Positions 1 through 10,253 of a stretch of DNA of 64,000 bases are shown in pieces; the stretch's first letter is position 1; each line of letters opens with the position of its first letter. The translations under genes and the position numbers were made by a program. Origin of the DNA: an uncultured delta proteobacterium (lineage in GTDB: Bacteria > Desulfobacterota > Binatia > HRBIN30 > BPIQ01); the NCBI GenBank assembly GCA_963761335.1, contig CAVXGR010000025.1, positions 1 through 64,000 of the forward strand, written 5' to 3'. The notes below the pieces were generated by a model. That model saw only the letters and a list, made by a program, of their open reading frames with translations. It was not told the origin of the DNA and did not search any database.

Positions 1-1
1 C

Positions 2-430
2 AGGAAAGAGTTGCGTGACGAACTTCGCCGAGCCGTACGACAGCTTAGGGTTATCCCGATCCTCGAGGGCTGGAGCGCGGCCGTCAGGCATCTTCCAGCG
101 AGATCCAAGACTATTAGTGGTGCGGGAAAGTGTGGCTTGCTGATCCTGAATACGGATGACAAGACGCTTTCTGCCTTGCCCTTTCAATCCACGGAAGAGG
201 CGAGGGCTTCGAAGAAGTATTTCGAAACCGAGATTGCCACGCAGCGAGCACCGGTTGAGGTGGTGCTAGTCTCGGTGCAGTCAGTTAGGGCCTTGCGTAA
301 GGCTTTCCCAAATTACTTTGCCGATACGACGGCCTTTATCCATGCCGTCAAGCTGGCAATTGCGCCGCAGGTTTCTCTTACTTCTTCGAGACAGTCCCCT
401 CGTAAAGCTGCCCGAGGACCGGAACGATGA
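2..430 (+). CDS. C-terminal part of a RelA/SpoT-domain (CapRel-like) protein, 5'-truncated by the window edge
   Basis: Frame is open from the window start. VVLVSV..VRALRKAFPNYFADTTAF matches the C-terminal motif of fused RelA_SpoT/CapRel-type proteins. The synthetase domain itself lies outside the window. Confidence 0.65.
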   Translation, partial: RKELRDELRRAVRQLRVIPILEGWSAAVRHLPARSKTISGAGKCGLLILNTDDKTLSALPFQSTEEARASKKYFETEIATQRAPVEVVLVSVQSVRALRKAFPNYFADTTAFIHAVKLAIAPQVSLTSSRQSPRKAARGPER

Positions 431-729
431 AGCTCGCCAAGGCGCCGACCACGTTTCCTGCTGACCCCCGGTCAGGAACTCCCACGCCGGCAGCGGTTCG
501 GCATGTCCCAATTCGTCGGCGATGCGGCGTAGCTCGGCCAGCGTCGCCGCGCACTGGCGCTCTAGGCACTCGATGGCGTGTTTGCGGGGACTGAGGTGGC
601 GGACGTTGGCTGGCGATTGTCCATTCCGGTCAGGATAGCGCCGTTAGGTCCGGGTGCAAACGGCGGCAGGAATCGATGCGCTCACCGAATTTAAGCGGGT
701 TGCCGTCCCGGGCGAATTGGCGCAACTCG

Positions 730-1485
730 TCAGTTGGTGGTATCGGCAGCGGGAGCCGGAGTGCGGGAGGCGGGGGCGGCAAGTGTGCCGCCAGGTGGAA
801 TCGTGAGAGCTAAGAACCCGGCGGCCTCATAGAACACCAGGCACCAAATTGATCCACCTTGCTGATAGTGTACCCAATAGCGGAATACACCCCCACCAAT
901 GATGCGGGCGGTCGTATTCGCGATCACGGCTTCTGCCGCTTCCACTAATTTCGTTGCGACGTCAGACGATGGTCCCCCGATTTGCGCAGCTGAGGGCAGC
1001 GCTGTCACCCTGATTCGATGTTCCGGCGGCACGATGGAAGCCGTCTCGTGAAAGTACAAGCCCTTCACAATACGCCCGACGACACGCTGGATGCGGGTCA
1101 TATCCGGGTAAAAGGCGCCTACCGGCGGGAGGATAATGCCGGCCGGTGTTAGCCGCTGCACATCGCGAACGGTCTGGAGAAATCCTCGCGTAAGACCCCG
1201 CTGCTGGGGTCTTACGAGCGAGCGCCGGGCAGTCTCCCATATGCTTCCGGCTGCGGGGTCTTCCTGAACATCAGCCCGACTCACAAGGCACAGCCTGAAA
1301 TACTCATCGTCTCTCGAAGTAGGGCGATGACACCGCGTGCAGCTCGGAACCGTAATCAGGTCAGAGGAAGCGGGACTTTGAAACAGACACCGAGGCGGAA
1401 TGTGATCGCGTTCGACAAGGACGCCAGTGTTCCCGCAAAAGCCACAATTCCCAGTCTGCCGCTTCTTTTTGCGAACCTTCGGCAT
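730..1485 (-). CDS. HNH endonuclease-domain protein
   Basis: CGFCG...ERDHIPPRCLF...LITVPSCTRCH (CxxC-DH-CxxCH), followed by an unknown C-terminal domain. Confidence 0.75.
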   Translation of the reverse strand: MPKVRKKKRQTGNCGFCGNTGVLVERDHIPPRCLFQSPASSDLITVPSCTRCHRPTSRDDEYFRLCLVSRADVQEDPAAGSIWETARRSLVRPQQRGLTRGFLQTVRDVQRLTPAGIILPPVGAFYPDMTRIQRVVGRIVKGLYFHETASIVPPEHRIRVTALPSAAQIGGPSSDVATKLVEAAEAVIANTTARIIGGGVFRYWVHYQQGGSIWCLVFYEAAGFLALTIPPGGTLAAPASRTPAPAADTTN

Positions 1486-1578
1486 TGCGAATCGGTCGCC
1501 GAGCCAGCCTCGGTCAGTTCTTTGCCTTGTTTCTCTCTAGCGAATCGGGGGCCACCCACGAGGGCGAGCTTTTGTCGC

Positions 1579-2606
1579 TTACTGCGCCCGACGGACGGCA
1601 CGGACCATCCAGCCGTTTCCTATCCGCTCCATGGGACACCTCGCCGTTGCTGAAGTTGACCGCCCATACGGATCCCCGATTCCATTCGCAAGGGTTGTGG
1701 ACGTCCAGTAGGGATAAGGGGCGGTGCAGCTGCAGACGTTGATGTACACCCGGGCGTGCAGTTGGTTGAAGTCCGATGTTACCGCATACGGCGAGGCTGT
1801 CAAGTCGTGGCCGTAATCCACGATGCTTTGGAGTTCTTTCACATTGGGAATCGCCAATCTCCGTGGCCGGCGAACCCTGTACCGTCTCGGAGTTGACTTG
1901 GACAATCCACTGCCAAATCGACCCGGGTAGAAGGTGGTCCCATACGGCATTCATGTCTTTGTCGTGCAATCCGCCGCTGTCGTCCTTTTTCTCCCACATG
2001 AGCCGCGTATTTAGATCGGTGATGGTTCCGTCGCCGTTGTCCACGAACGCGAGCGGGCTACCGGATTGTGTGTCGCCATCATCGCCGATGACGTAAACGG
2101 TGGTTGTCCCGTGGCAGGGAGTTCGTGGCCGCCGCATTGGCTGACGTCGAAAGTGCAGGAACCTGAACAGGCCAGGTTCCCGCCTAGAAATCCGAAAGCC
2201 GCACACTGTTGGTCGCCTAGATCGTTCCCGTCGCACTGTTCGTTGAGGTTCCTCACGCCGTCTCCGCACTGGGGGAATGTCCCTCCGGACAATTGCAGCG
2301 CCATGTCGGCGGCGGCGCTGCGGCGAGAGATTGAACAATCGCGGTCGCCGGATGTCGCGCACGATCCCGGAAACGGTTCTCTGCCGACTGCCACTTGCTA
2401 GCGAGCTGTTCATCGCATTTCTGAAAAACGGGAGGGTCTCCCTTGATGACCCCCTTAGCGTAGGAACGGGCGAGGCATATCGCGTACGTCCCGGGGCCGC
2501 TTGCGGGCTTCGCAGCGGTCCGCTGGGGTAGTCGCGCACGCAAGACTGTTGGGGCAGGGTAGCCGTTAATAGCCGCCGCGATTGCGACCAGAACGCGCGA
2601 ATCCAT
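1579..2606 (-). pseudogene. Secreted DUF1566 (Lcl-type) protein with a Cys-rich repeat, multiply frameshifted
   Basis: Consecutive pieces lie in different frames: KCDEQLASKWQSAE; CGDGVRNLNEQCDGNDL...LPATGQ; FVDNGDGTITDLNTRLMWEKK; IPNVKELQSIVDY...YWTSTT; WAVNFSNG; VRAVR-stop. Confidence 0.75.
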
Positions 2607-2780
2607 GAAGGGCCGTCCCTCCATTGCAGCGCAGAGCTTGCCGCTGCCGCCGGCCCATTTTCGACGGCGATGGGCATTCCGAAGGCTGAACGCCAGCGCC
2701 GCAGCTGATTCCCGGGCTTCAGTGCACCGTTGAGCCACGAATCACACCCGACTCGACGTTGACCACCCGTTGACCGCCCC

Positions 2781-2818
2781 GAGAGCGGCCCCGGATGACG
2801 CCGGGGCCGCTCTCTTTT
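2781..2818. terminator. Hairpin downstream of tRNA-Lys
   Basis: GAGAGCGGCCCCGG-loop-CCGGGGCCGCTCTC followed by TTTT on +. Confidence 0.55.
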
Positions 2819-2843
2819 CCGCTGCGTTTCCAGGTACTTAGAA

Positions 2844-2917
2844 TGGGCCGCCCGAGACTCGAACTCGGGACCCGCTGATTAAGAGTCAGCTGCTCTAGCC
2901 AACTGAGCTAGCGGCCC
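2844..2917 (-). tRNA. tRNA-Lys(CTT)
   Basis: Reverse complement GGGCCGCTAGCTCAGTTGGCTAGAGCAGCTGACT-CTT-AATCAGCGGGTCCCGAGTTCGAGTCTCGGGCGGCCCA. CCA is not encoded. Confidence 0.96.
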
Positions 2918-3076
2918 GTACCTTTGGTGAACGCCGTCGGTACTGGTTACCGGATTCCTGCTGGAATTCAAGCCCGGGGGCGTTGCCGTGTTCTTGCGTC
3001 GCAGCGAGGACGCGTCCACCGTGGATATTGTTGCTGGGGAAAACGGCCAAGCTGGCGGCGCTCTCGAGGGGAGACC

Positions 3077-3883
3077 ATGTCGGCGAAGCGGAAGCCGGAG
3101 CTGCGGATCGGCACGTCGGGGTACCAGTACGACGAGTGGCGGGGGCTCTTCTACCCGGCGGACCTGCCCAAGCGGCGCTGGCTGGCGCATTACGCGGCAC
3201 ATTTCGACACGGTCGAGATCAACAACTGCTTTTACCGCCTGCCGCAGCCGGCGGTCTTCGATTCCTGGCGCCAGCAGGCGCTTCGCGGATTTTGCTACGC
3301 GCTCAAGTTCAGCCGCTACGCTACCCATATGAAGCGGCTGCGCGATCCGCAGGAGCCGCTCGGCCGCTTTCTCGAAGGGGCGAGGCGACTGGGGCCCTTC
3401 CTCGGGCCCATCCTGGTGCAGCTGCCGCCGCGCTGGAAGGTGAACCCGGAGCGCCTGCAAGCCTTTCTGCAGGCGGCGCCACGCGACTGCCGTTGGGCCG
3501 TGGAGCTTCGCGATCCGAGCTGGCTCTGCGAGGAGGTCTACCGGCTTCTCTCCGCTCGCGGCGCGGCGCTCTGCATCCACGATCTGATTGCGGACCACCC
3601 CCGCCGGATCACCGCCGACTGGGTGTACCTGCGCTTCCACGGCATCGCCTACGGCGGCAGCTACTCCGCTTCGGCTCTGCGCCAGGAGGCGACGCGCATC
3701 CGCCGCTACCGGCGGCGCGGCCTCGACGTGTTCGCCTACTTCAACAACGATCGGGGCGGGCACGCGGTGCACAATGCTCTCGAGCTGAGAGAGATGTCTG
3801 GCGGAGAGGGGCAGGAGAAAGGCGGCGCGGGGATTTGCATGCGGCATCGGCACCAGGGGTCTGGAAGCCGGGAGGGATTTTGA
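3077..3883 (+). CDS. DUF72 family protein
   Basis: LRIGTSGY.Y.EW...FDTVEINNCFYRLP, LGPILVQLPP, VYLRFHG, FAYFNND. RBS GGGGAG precedes the ATG at 3077. Confidence 0.92.
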   Translation: MSAKRKPELRIGTSGYQYDEWRGLFYPADLPKRRWLAHYAAHFDTVEINNCFYRLPQPAVFDSWRQQALRGFCYALKFSRYATHMKRLRDPQEPLGRFLEGARRLGPFLGPILVQLPPRWKVNPERLQAFLQAAPRDCRWAVELRDPSWLCEEVYRLLSARGAALCIHDLIADHPRRITADWVYLRFHGIAYGGSYSASALRQEATRIRRYRRRGLDVFAYFNNDRGGHAVHNALELREMSGGEGQEKGGAGICMRHRHQGSGSREGF

Positions 3884-4160
3884 AATGAAACGCGGTAAGC
3901 TCGATCCACCACAACCCGCTTCGTTGAGTTGAACCCGGCTCCCAGGTTTGCGTCTGTGGCCGGGAGCTCGGAGATCATTCGCCCCTGGCGGGGCGCATCG
4001 GGGAAGGCGGGCCCGGGGTCCCGGGTCTCCGACCCGGGGCTACATGCCTGCGCCGCTTCGCGGCGCGATCACCCAGCGCAAGGTCAGGTCGTGGAGGATT
4101 TTGATTGGTAAAGGGATTTTGAAAAGAAACGCGGTGGATCTCAGGATCTACCACTACCGG
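3873..4160. repeat. Dispersed palindromic REP/MITE-like element, short copy
   Basis: Shares long blocks with 30905-31310. Contains a 24-bp near-perfect direct repeat at 3873-3896 and 4112-4135. Confidence 0.8.
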
Positions 4161-4244
4161 ATGAAGCCGCCCGCTCTCGGCAGGCGCCCCGGTCCGTGGT
4201 AGGGTCGCTCCTGCAGCCGGCTCGCGGCGGAGCGCGGCCATCCG

Positions 4245-5252
4245 GTGACCCAGGCTTCCGACATGGACCTCGAGGCTCAGGCAACGCCAAGGCGCGAGCC
4301 GGCCGACGCCGAGACGAAGCTCGGCCGGCAGCTGGTTCTCGACGAGCTCTTCGACCTGTCGCTGTACCGCTCACTGCGGGAGGTGGCGAGCCGCGATCTG
4401 CGCCCCGTTCTCGAGCAGCTGATTCCGATCGAGGCGCGACACTTCGAGTTCTGGCAGGACTTCTTCAAGATCCGCGTCGACAGACTCAACCCGGGTCGGC
4501 AACTCAAGCTTCTGCTGATCACGGCGCTGTGCCGCCTTCTCGGCGACACCGCCATCCATCTCGTCCTCGAAGCAATCGAGGTCTACGGCGTCCGCAAGTA
4601 CCTGAAGGTCTGGAGCACCTATGGGGATGGCGCGCTCGGCCCGCCCCTGCGGAGCGTCCTCGAGGACGAGTTCAAGCACGAGGACACAGTGGTCACCGGC
4701 GCCAACGAGCTGTGGCTCAGCCCGGAGCGCGTCCGCAACATCTTCCTGGGATTGAACGACGGCCTGGTCGAGATTCTCGGCGCCGTCAGCGGCTTCTTCG
4801 GTGCCTTCGGCAACTCCGTCGCCGTGCTCGCCGCCGGGCTCACGGTGGCGGTGGCCGGCGCTCTGTCGATGGCCGCCGGCGCCTGGATCGCCGCCAGCTC
4901 GGAGGCGGAGGTGCGCACCACGGAGGCCGGGCGGAAGCGGTTCCTCGGTGAGAGCGGCCCGGGACCGACGATGGCGGAAACGCCACTGGCCTCTGCCATC
5001 GTCGTCGGCATCAGCTACTTCGCGGGCGCCCTGGTCCCGGTTCTGCCGGTGCTCGCCGGGGCGCACAACGCGCTCCCATCGCTGTTCACCGCCGGCAGCT
5101 TGATCATCGTGGTGTCACTGCTCCTGGCGTTCCTCTCGGGCATGGAGATCAGGCGCCGAGTGGTCACCAACCTGGTCATCATCGCGCTCGCCGTCGGCGT
5201 CACCTACGGGATCGGGCTGCTGACCAAGGGGATCTCGGGCGTGTCGCCGTGA
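4245..5252 (+). CDS. VIT1/CCC1 family transporter with N-terminal ferritin/rubrerythrin-like domain
   Basis: RNIFLGLNDGLVE and AGALSMAAG VIT1 motifs. N-terminal EARH and EDEFKH ExxH motifs. Confidence 0.88.
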   Translation: MTQASDMDLEAQATPRREPADAETKLGRQLVLDELFDLSLYRSLREVASRDLRPVLEQLIPIEARHFEFWQDFFKIRVDRLNPGRQLKLLLITALCRLLGDTAIHLVLEAIEVYGVRKYLKVWSTYGDGALGPPLRSVLEDEFKHEDTVVTGANELWLSPERVRNIFLGLNDGLVEILGAVSGFFGAFGNSVAVLAAGLTVAVAGALSMAAGAWIAASSEAEVRTTEAGRKRFLGESGPGPTMAETPLASAIVVGISYFAGALVPVLPVLAGAHNALPSLFTAGSLIIVVSLLLAFLSGMEIRRRVVTNLVIIALAVGVTYGIGLLTKGISGVSP

Positions 5253-5255
5253 GGC

Positions 5256-5279
5256 GGGGCGGGGATTGCTCCCCGCCCC
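5256..5279. terminator. Hairpin between the convergent VIT1 gene and tRNA-Arg
   Basis: GGGGCGGGGA-TTGC-TCCCCGCCCC. Confidence 0.55.
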
Positions 5280-5291
5280 TTCGCTGGCGAA

Positions 5292-5365
<74 letters not shown>

Positions 5366-5372
5366 GAGGCAA

Positions 5373-5446
5373 TCGGGGTGAGAGGATTTGAACCTCCGAC
5401 CCCCTGCGCCCAAGGCAGGTGCGCTACCAGGCTGCGCTACACCCCG
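5373..5446 (-). tRNA. tRNA-Pro(TGG)
   Basis: CGGGGTGTAGCGCAGCCTGGTAGCGCACCTGCCT-TGG-GCGCAGG...GTTCAAATCCTCTCACCCCGA. Confidence 0.96.
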
Positions 5447-5555
5447 TTCTGCTGCGCCCGGTCCGGGTAACATACGAGCCGGGGAAAGGAAAGCCACAAT
5501 TGCCGCGGGCTCGGGACGGAGCCACTGCCCGCCCCGAGCCCGCAGCGTTCGCGAG

Positions 5556-5628
5556 GGTGAGTGAAGGGTCTCGAACCCTCAACCACTGGAGCCACAGTCC
5601 AGTGCTCTACCGTTGAGCTACACTCACC
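5556..5628 (-). tRNA. tRNA-His(GTG)
   Basis: G(-1)GTGAGTGTAGCTCAACGGTAGAGCACTGGACT-GTG-GCTCCAG...GTTCGAGACCCTTCACTCACC. Confidence 0.95.
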
Positions 5629-5739
5629 ACACGTATCCGATCCTTGTAGCACGTCGAGCGCTACATGCCAGCGGGCGGGGAAGACGGTAGTGCCCCAATT
5701 CGACGTCTGCGACTGTCTCCGGCGACGCACACCGGGTCT

Positions 5740-6000
5740 CCTCTCCCGCATTGCCTGCGGGAGAGGAACAAGGTGAGGGATCCCTTCTCACTGAAAGCTG
5801 GTGGATCTTCGCGGCGTTCAAAGAGGCGCCCTCACCCCGGCCCTCTTCGCCGGCCATGCGGGAGAGGGAGCCCACGCCCGCAGCGACCGGAAACAGCCAA
5901 TCGCCCTCTTCAACATCCTGCGTTGGGGGAATTTAGGACACTACTAGAAAACGGTGGCGCCCTCACCCTGGCCCTCTTCCGCAGGCAATGCGAGAGAGGG
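5740..6000. repeat. Three REP-like units of the CCCTCACCC..CCCTCTC..GGGAGAGGG type
   Basis: Copies at about 5740-5779 (inverted), 5829-5868 and 5960-6000. Confidence 0.75.
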
Positions 6001-6033
6001 GGACCCGGCGCGAAGTGCAGGTGATCTTAGTTA

Positions 6034-6630
6034 TCAACAGTGCCGCAGGAACTCGAGCAGCTGCGGCCGGAGGGCGAGGCAGGCGCGGCCGCGGTGGCTG
6101 ATGCGGCTCTTGCGCTGCGGGGGGAGCTCGGCGAAGGACAGACCGGTCTCCGGGTCGATGAACAGCGGATCGTATCCGAAGCCGCCGCTGCCTCGCGGCG
6201 CCGCGGCGATGGTGCCCTCGCAGACGCCCTCGGCCGCAAGCAGGCGGCCGTCGGCGCCAGCCACGACGATCACGCAGCGAAAGCGCGCCGTGCGCCGCGG
6301 CTGCGGCACCTCTCGCAGATCCTCCAGCAGCCGTCGGAGGTTGGCGGCCGCATCGCCGCCGGAGTAGCGCGCCGAGTGAATCCCCGGGCGCCCTCCGAGC
6401 GCGTCCACCTCGAGACCGGAATCGTCGGCAAGCGCCGGTACACCGCAGGCGCGCGCAGCTCCCAGCGCCTTGGCAGTGGCATTCTCGAGATAGGTGCTGC
6501 CGCACTCCTCGACCTCCGGGGCACCGGGGTATGCGGCCAGCGTCTCCACCGATAGGCCGAGACCGTCGAGGAGCGGCGCGAGCTCGCGCAGCTTGCCGGG
6601 GTTGCGGCTGGCGAGAATCAGGTCGACCAC
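6034..6630 (-). CDS. rdgB: dITP/XTP pyrophosphatase
   Basis: ASRNPGK, ADDSGLEVDAL, PGIHSARY, GFGYDPLF, SHRGRA. Lies downstream of rph. Confidence 0.96.
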   Translation of the reverse strand: MVDLILASRNPGKLRELAPLLDGLGLSVETLAAYPGAPEVEECGSTYLENATAKALGAARACGVPALADDSGLEVDALGGRPGIHSARYSGGDAAANLRRLLEDLREVPQPRRTARFRCVIVVAGADGRLLAAEGVCEGTIAAAPRGSGGFGYDPLFIDPETGLSFAELPPQRKSRISHRGRACLALRPQLLEFLRHC

Positions 6631-6637
6631 ACCCGCC

Positions 6638-7357
6638 TCAGGCGCCGGAGAGCACCTGTCGCTGCAGCTGCGTGAGATGATCGATGCCGCGCCACGCCAG
6701 CTCGGCGAGCTCGCTGAGGCGCGATTTGGAGAAGGGCTTCGACTCGGCGGTTCCCTGCACCTCCACGTACTCGCCGCTGCCGGTCATGACGAAGTTCATG
6801 TCGACCTCGGCGGTGCTGTCCTCGGTGTAGCACAGGTCGAGGAGCCCTTCGCCGGCGACGACGCCGGCGCTCACCGCGGCCACCGAGTCGAGGAGGGGAC
6901 GGCCGCGCACGGCGCCGGTGCGCTCGAGGTCGCGCAACGCCAGGGCGAGGGCCACGTAGGCGCCGGTGATCGAGGCGGTGCGCGTACCGCCGTCCGCCTG
7001 GATCACGTCGCAGTCGATCCACAGCGTGCGCTCGCCGAAGGTGCTCATGTCGGTGACCGAGCGCAGGCTGCGGCCGATGAGTCGCTGGATCTCGTGGGTG
7101 CGGCCGCCGACGCGACCGCGCGTCGACTCGCGCTGAATGCGTTGCCGCGAGCAACCCGGAAGCATGCCGTACTCCGCCGTGACCCAGCCGCGGCCGCTGT
7201 TGCGCAGAAACTGCGGCACCGCGTCTTCCACCGTGGCGGTGCAGATCACCTTGGTCTCCCCCATCTCGATCAGCACCGAGCCGCTCACCTGCTTGAGGAA
7301 GTGGGGAAAAATTTGAACCGGGCGAAGATCGCCCGCGCCTCTGCCGTCAACGCGCAT
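6638..7357 (-). CDS. rph: Ribonuclease PH
   Basis: MRVDGR start, [44 protein letters not shown]. Confidence 0.97.
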   Translation of the reverse strand: MRVDGRGAGDLRPVQIFPHFLKQVSGSVLIEMGETKVICTATVEDAVPQFLRNSGRGWVTAEYGMLPGCSRQRIQRESTRGRVGGRTHEIQRLIGRSLRSVTDMSTFGERTLWIDCDVIQADGGTRTASITGAYVALALALRDLERTGAVRGRPLLDSVAAVSAGVVAGEGLLDLCYTEDSTAEVDMNFVMTGSGEYVEVQGTAESKPFSKSRLSELAELAWRGIDHLTQLQRQVLSGA

Positions 7358-7604
7358 CGGTGTCTCTGCCTCAACTTTCTCTGCTGCCGGTGTGTCACCG
7401 GATTGGCGGATGGGTTGACGATACCAGGCACCGAGACCCGAGGAAAGGCGCTGCCGTCCTTTGAAAGGCAGCCGAGCGAGATCCATGCGGGCTTTGCTGA
7501 AGGAACCTCGATGTGCCGCTAAATACCGGAGAATTCAAGCCATTCAGGTGAGCGTCAATCTGTTGGTTGTTCTCCGGACCTCGACGTGTTAACTTTTCGC
7601 CGCA

Positions 7605-8615
<1,011 letters not shown>

Positions 8616-8630
8616 GAGAGAATCACTGAC

Positions 8631-9077
8631 ATGAAAGGCGCCGCCAAGAAACCGGGCCGGATCCTCATCGTCGACGACGATCCAGATGCCCGCGACATTC
8701 TCGCGCGATTGCTCGAGCGCGAGGGGTACGACTGCGTCACTGCAGAAGACGGCCCCACCTGCCTGCAGCTCGCCCGTACCGAGGCGATCGACGTCATCCT
8801 CCTCGACGTGATGATGCCGGGCATGGACGGGCTCCAGGTGTGCGAAGAGCTCCGCAAGGACGGAAGTCTTCGCACCATCCCGGTCATTCTGCTGACCGCG
8901 AAGGACGACATGGCGACCCGTGCGGACGGCATGGCCCTCGGGGTCAGTGAGTACCTGACCAAGCCGATCAACAAGGTCGAGCTCTTCAGCCGGGTGCGCT
9001 CCCAGCTGCACATGCGCGAGCTGGACCGCCAGCTCGAGCAGACCGCCGCCAGCATCCCCGGAAACGACCCGAAGTAG
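8631..9077 (+). CDS. Stand-alone response regulator receiver protein
   Basis: ILIVDDD, LLDVMMPGMDG, IPVILLTA, YLTKP. No output domain. Confidence 0.92.
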   Translation: MKGAAKKPGRILIVDDDPDARDILARLLEREGYDCVTAEDGPTCLQLARTEAIDVILLDVMMPGMDGLQVCEELRKDGSLRTIPVILLTAKDDMATRADGMALGVSEYLTKPINKVELFSRVRSQLHMRELDRQLEQTAASIPGNDPK

Positions 9078-9112
9078 ATCTCGACTCTCTGCTGGCGTCC
9101 GGAAAGTCGACG

Positions 9113-10234
9113 ATGGCGAGGCAGTGGATCGGCCACTGGGCACTGCTCGCCGGTGCGGTACTGGCTCTCCTTCCGCCTGCCGTTGCGCACGCGGCGACGG
9201 CGGCCAGCAGCCGCTGGCCGGATGCAAGTGTTGGAGCCGCACCGCGATCGCAGCCGCCGGTGAGCGAGAAGGCCTGGGAGCTTCCCGATCGCCCTTGGGG
9301 TCCACGGCCCTCGCCGTTGGACCTGTCCCGGCGCCTGCAGGTGCCGCGGCGCCTGCGGCTGATGGTCTTCGCGCCGCACCCGGATGACGAGACGCTCGCC
9401 GCTGCCGGGCTGATACAGCGCGTCGCCCATGCCGGCGGCGAGGTGAGGGTCGTCTTCATGACGAATGGCGACGGCTTTCCCGAGGCGGTGCGCGGCCGGC
9501 ACGGGCGCCCCTCGGGGCGAGACTATGTCGCCTACGGCCGGCTGCGGCATGCCGAGGCGGTTCGCGCTCTTCAGCCCCTCGGCATCGGGTCGCGGCGGGC
9601 GTACTTCTTGGGGTTTCCCGACGGCGGCCTCGATCATCTCTGGGGCGATCACTGGGCGCCGTCGAGCCCGTACCTGTCCCCGTTCACGCGCTCCCAGCGC
9701 CCGCCGTATCGCGAGAGCTGGAGACCCCGGGTCGATTACGACGGCGCCGCGCTCACCGACGAGCTGGCGCGCCTGCTGCGCGCCTTCTCTCCCGATTGGG
9801 TCGTCCTGCCCGATCCTCGCGATCGCCATCCCGACCACGCGAGCACCGGAGTCTTCGTGCTCGAGGCACTGGCACAGCTGGAGGCGCATCACATCGCGCC
9901 CTTCGCGCGCACCCAGATCTTCACCTACCTGGTGCACTACCCCGACTACCCGGGGACGCAGAGCTGGCTGCAGGGCATCGGTACCGCCGGAGTTGCGGGA
10001 ACCCCGACGGCGTCAGCGGCGCTCGCCGACACCGCCTGGGTCGGATTGGCGCTCGATGCGAAGGAGCTTCGACACAAGCGCGCCGCGCTGACCGAGTACC
10101 GCTCGCAGATGAAGGTCATGCCCACCTTCCTCGAGCTCTTCCTGCGCCCGCTGGAGATCTTCGGCCACCTGAACGCCGGCGAGGGCCCGATCGTGGCGCG
10201 CGACTACGCTGCCCGCTTCGGCCGCAGGGAGTAG
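9113..10234 (+). CDS. Secreted PIG-L family deacetylase
   Basis: Signal peptide, APHPDDETL, MTNGD, LGFPDG, HPDH, YRSQ. Confidence 0.88.
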   Translation: MARQWIGHWALLAGAVLALLPPAVAHAATAASSRWPDASVGAAPRSQPPVSEKAWELPDRPWGPRPSPLDLSRRLQVPRRLRLMVFAPHPDDETLAAAGLIQRVAHAGGEVRVVFMTNGDGFPEAVRGRHGRPSGRDYVAYGRLRHAEAVRALQPLGIGSRRAYFLGFPDGGLDHLWGDHWAPSSPYLSPFTRSQRPPYRESWRPRVDYDGAALTDELARLLRAFSPDWVVLPDPRDRHPDHASTGVFVLEALAQLEAHHIAPFARTQIFTYLVHYPDYPGTQSWLQGIGTAGVAGTPTASAALADTAWVGLALDAKELRHKRAALTEYRSQMKVMPTFLELFLRPLEIFGHLNAGEGPIVARDYAARFGRRE

Positions 10235-10253
10235 GCGGGGATCAAGAATCTCA

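Noticed and set aside
1579..1720. DGR variable region in the DUF1566 gene
   Set aside because: No template repeat or reverse transcriptase is present in the window, so it cannot be supported here.
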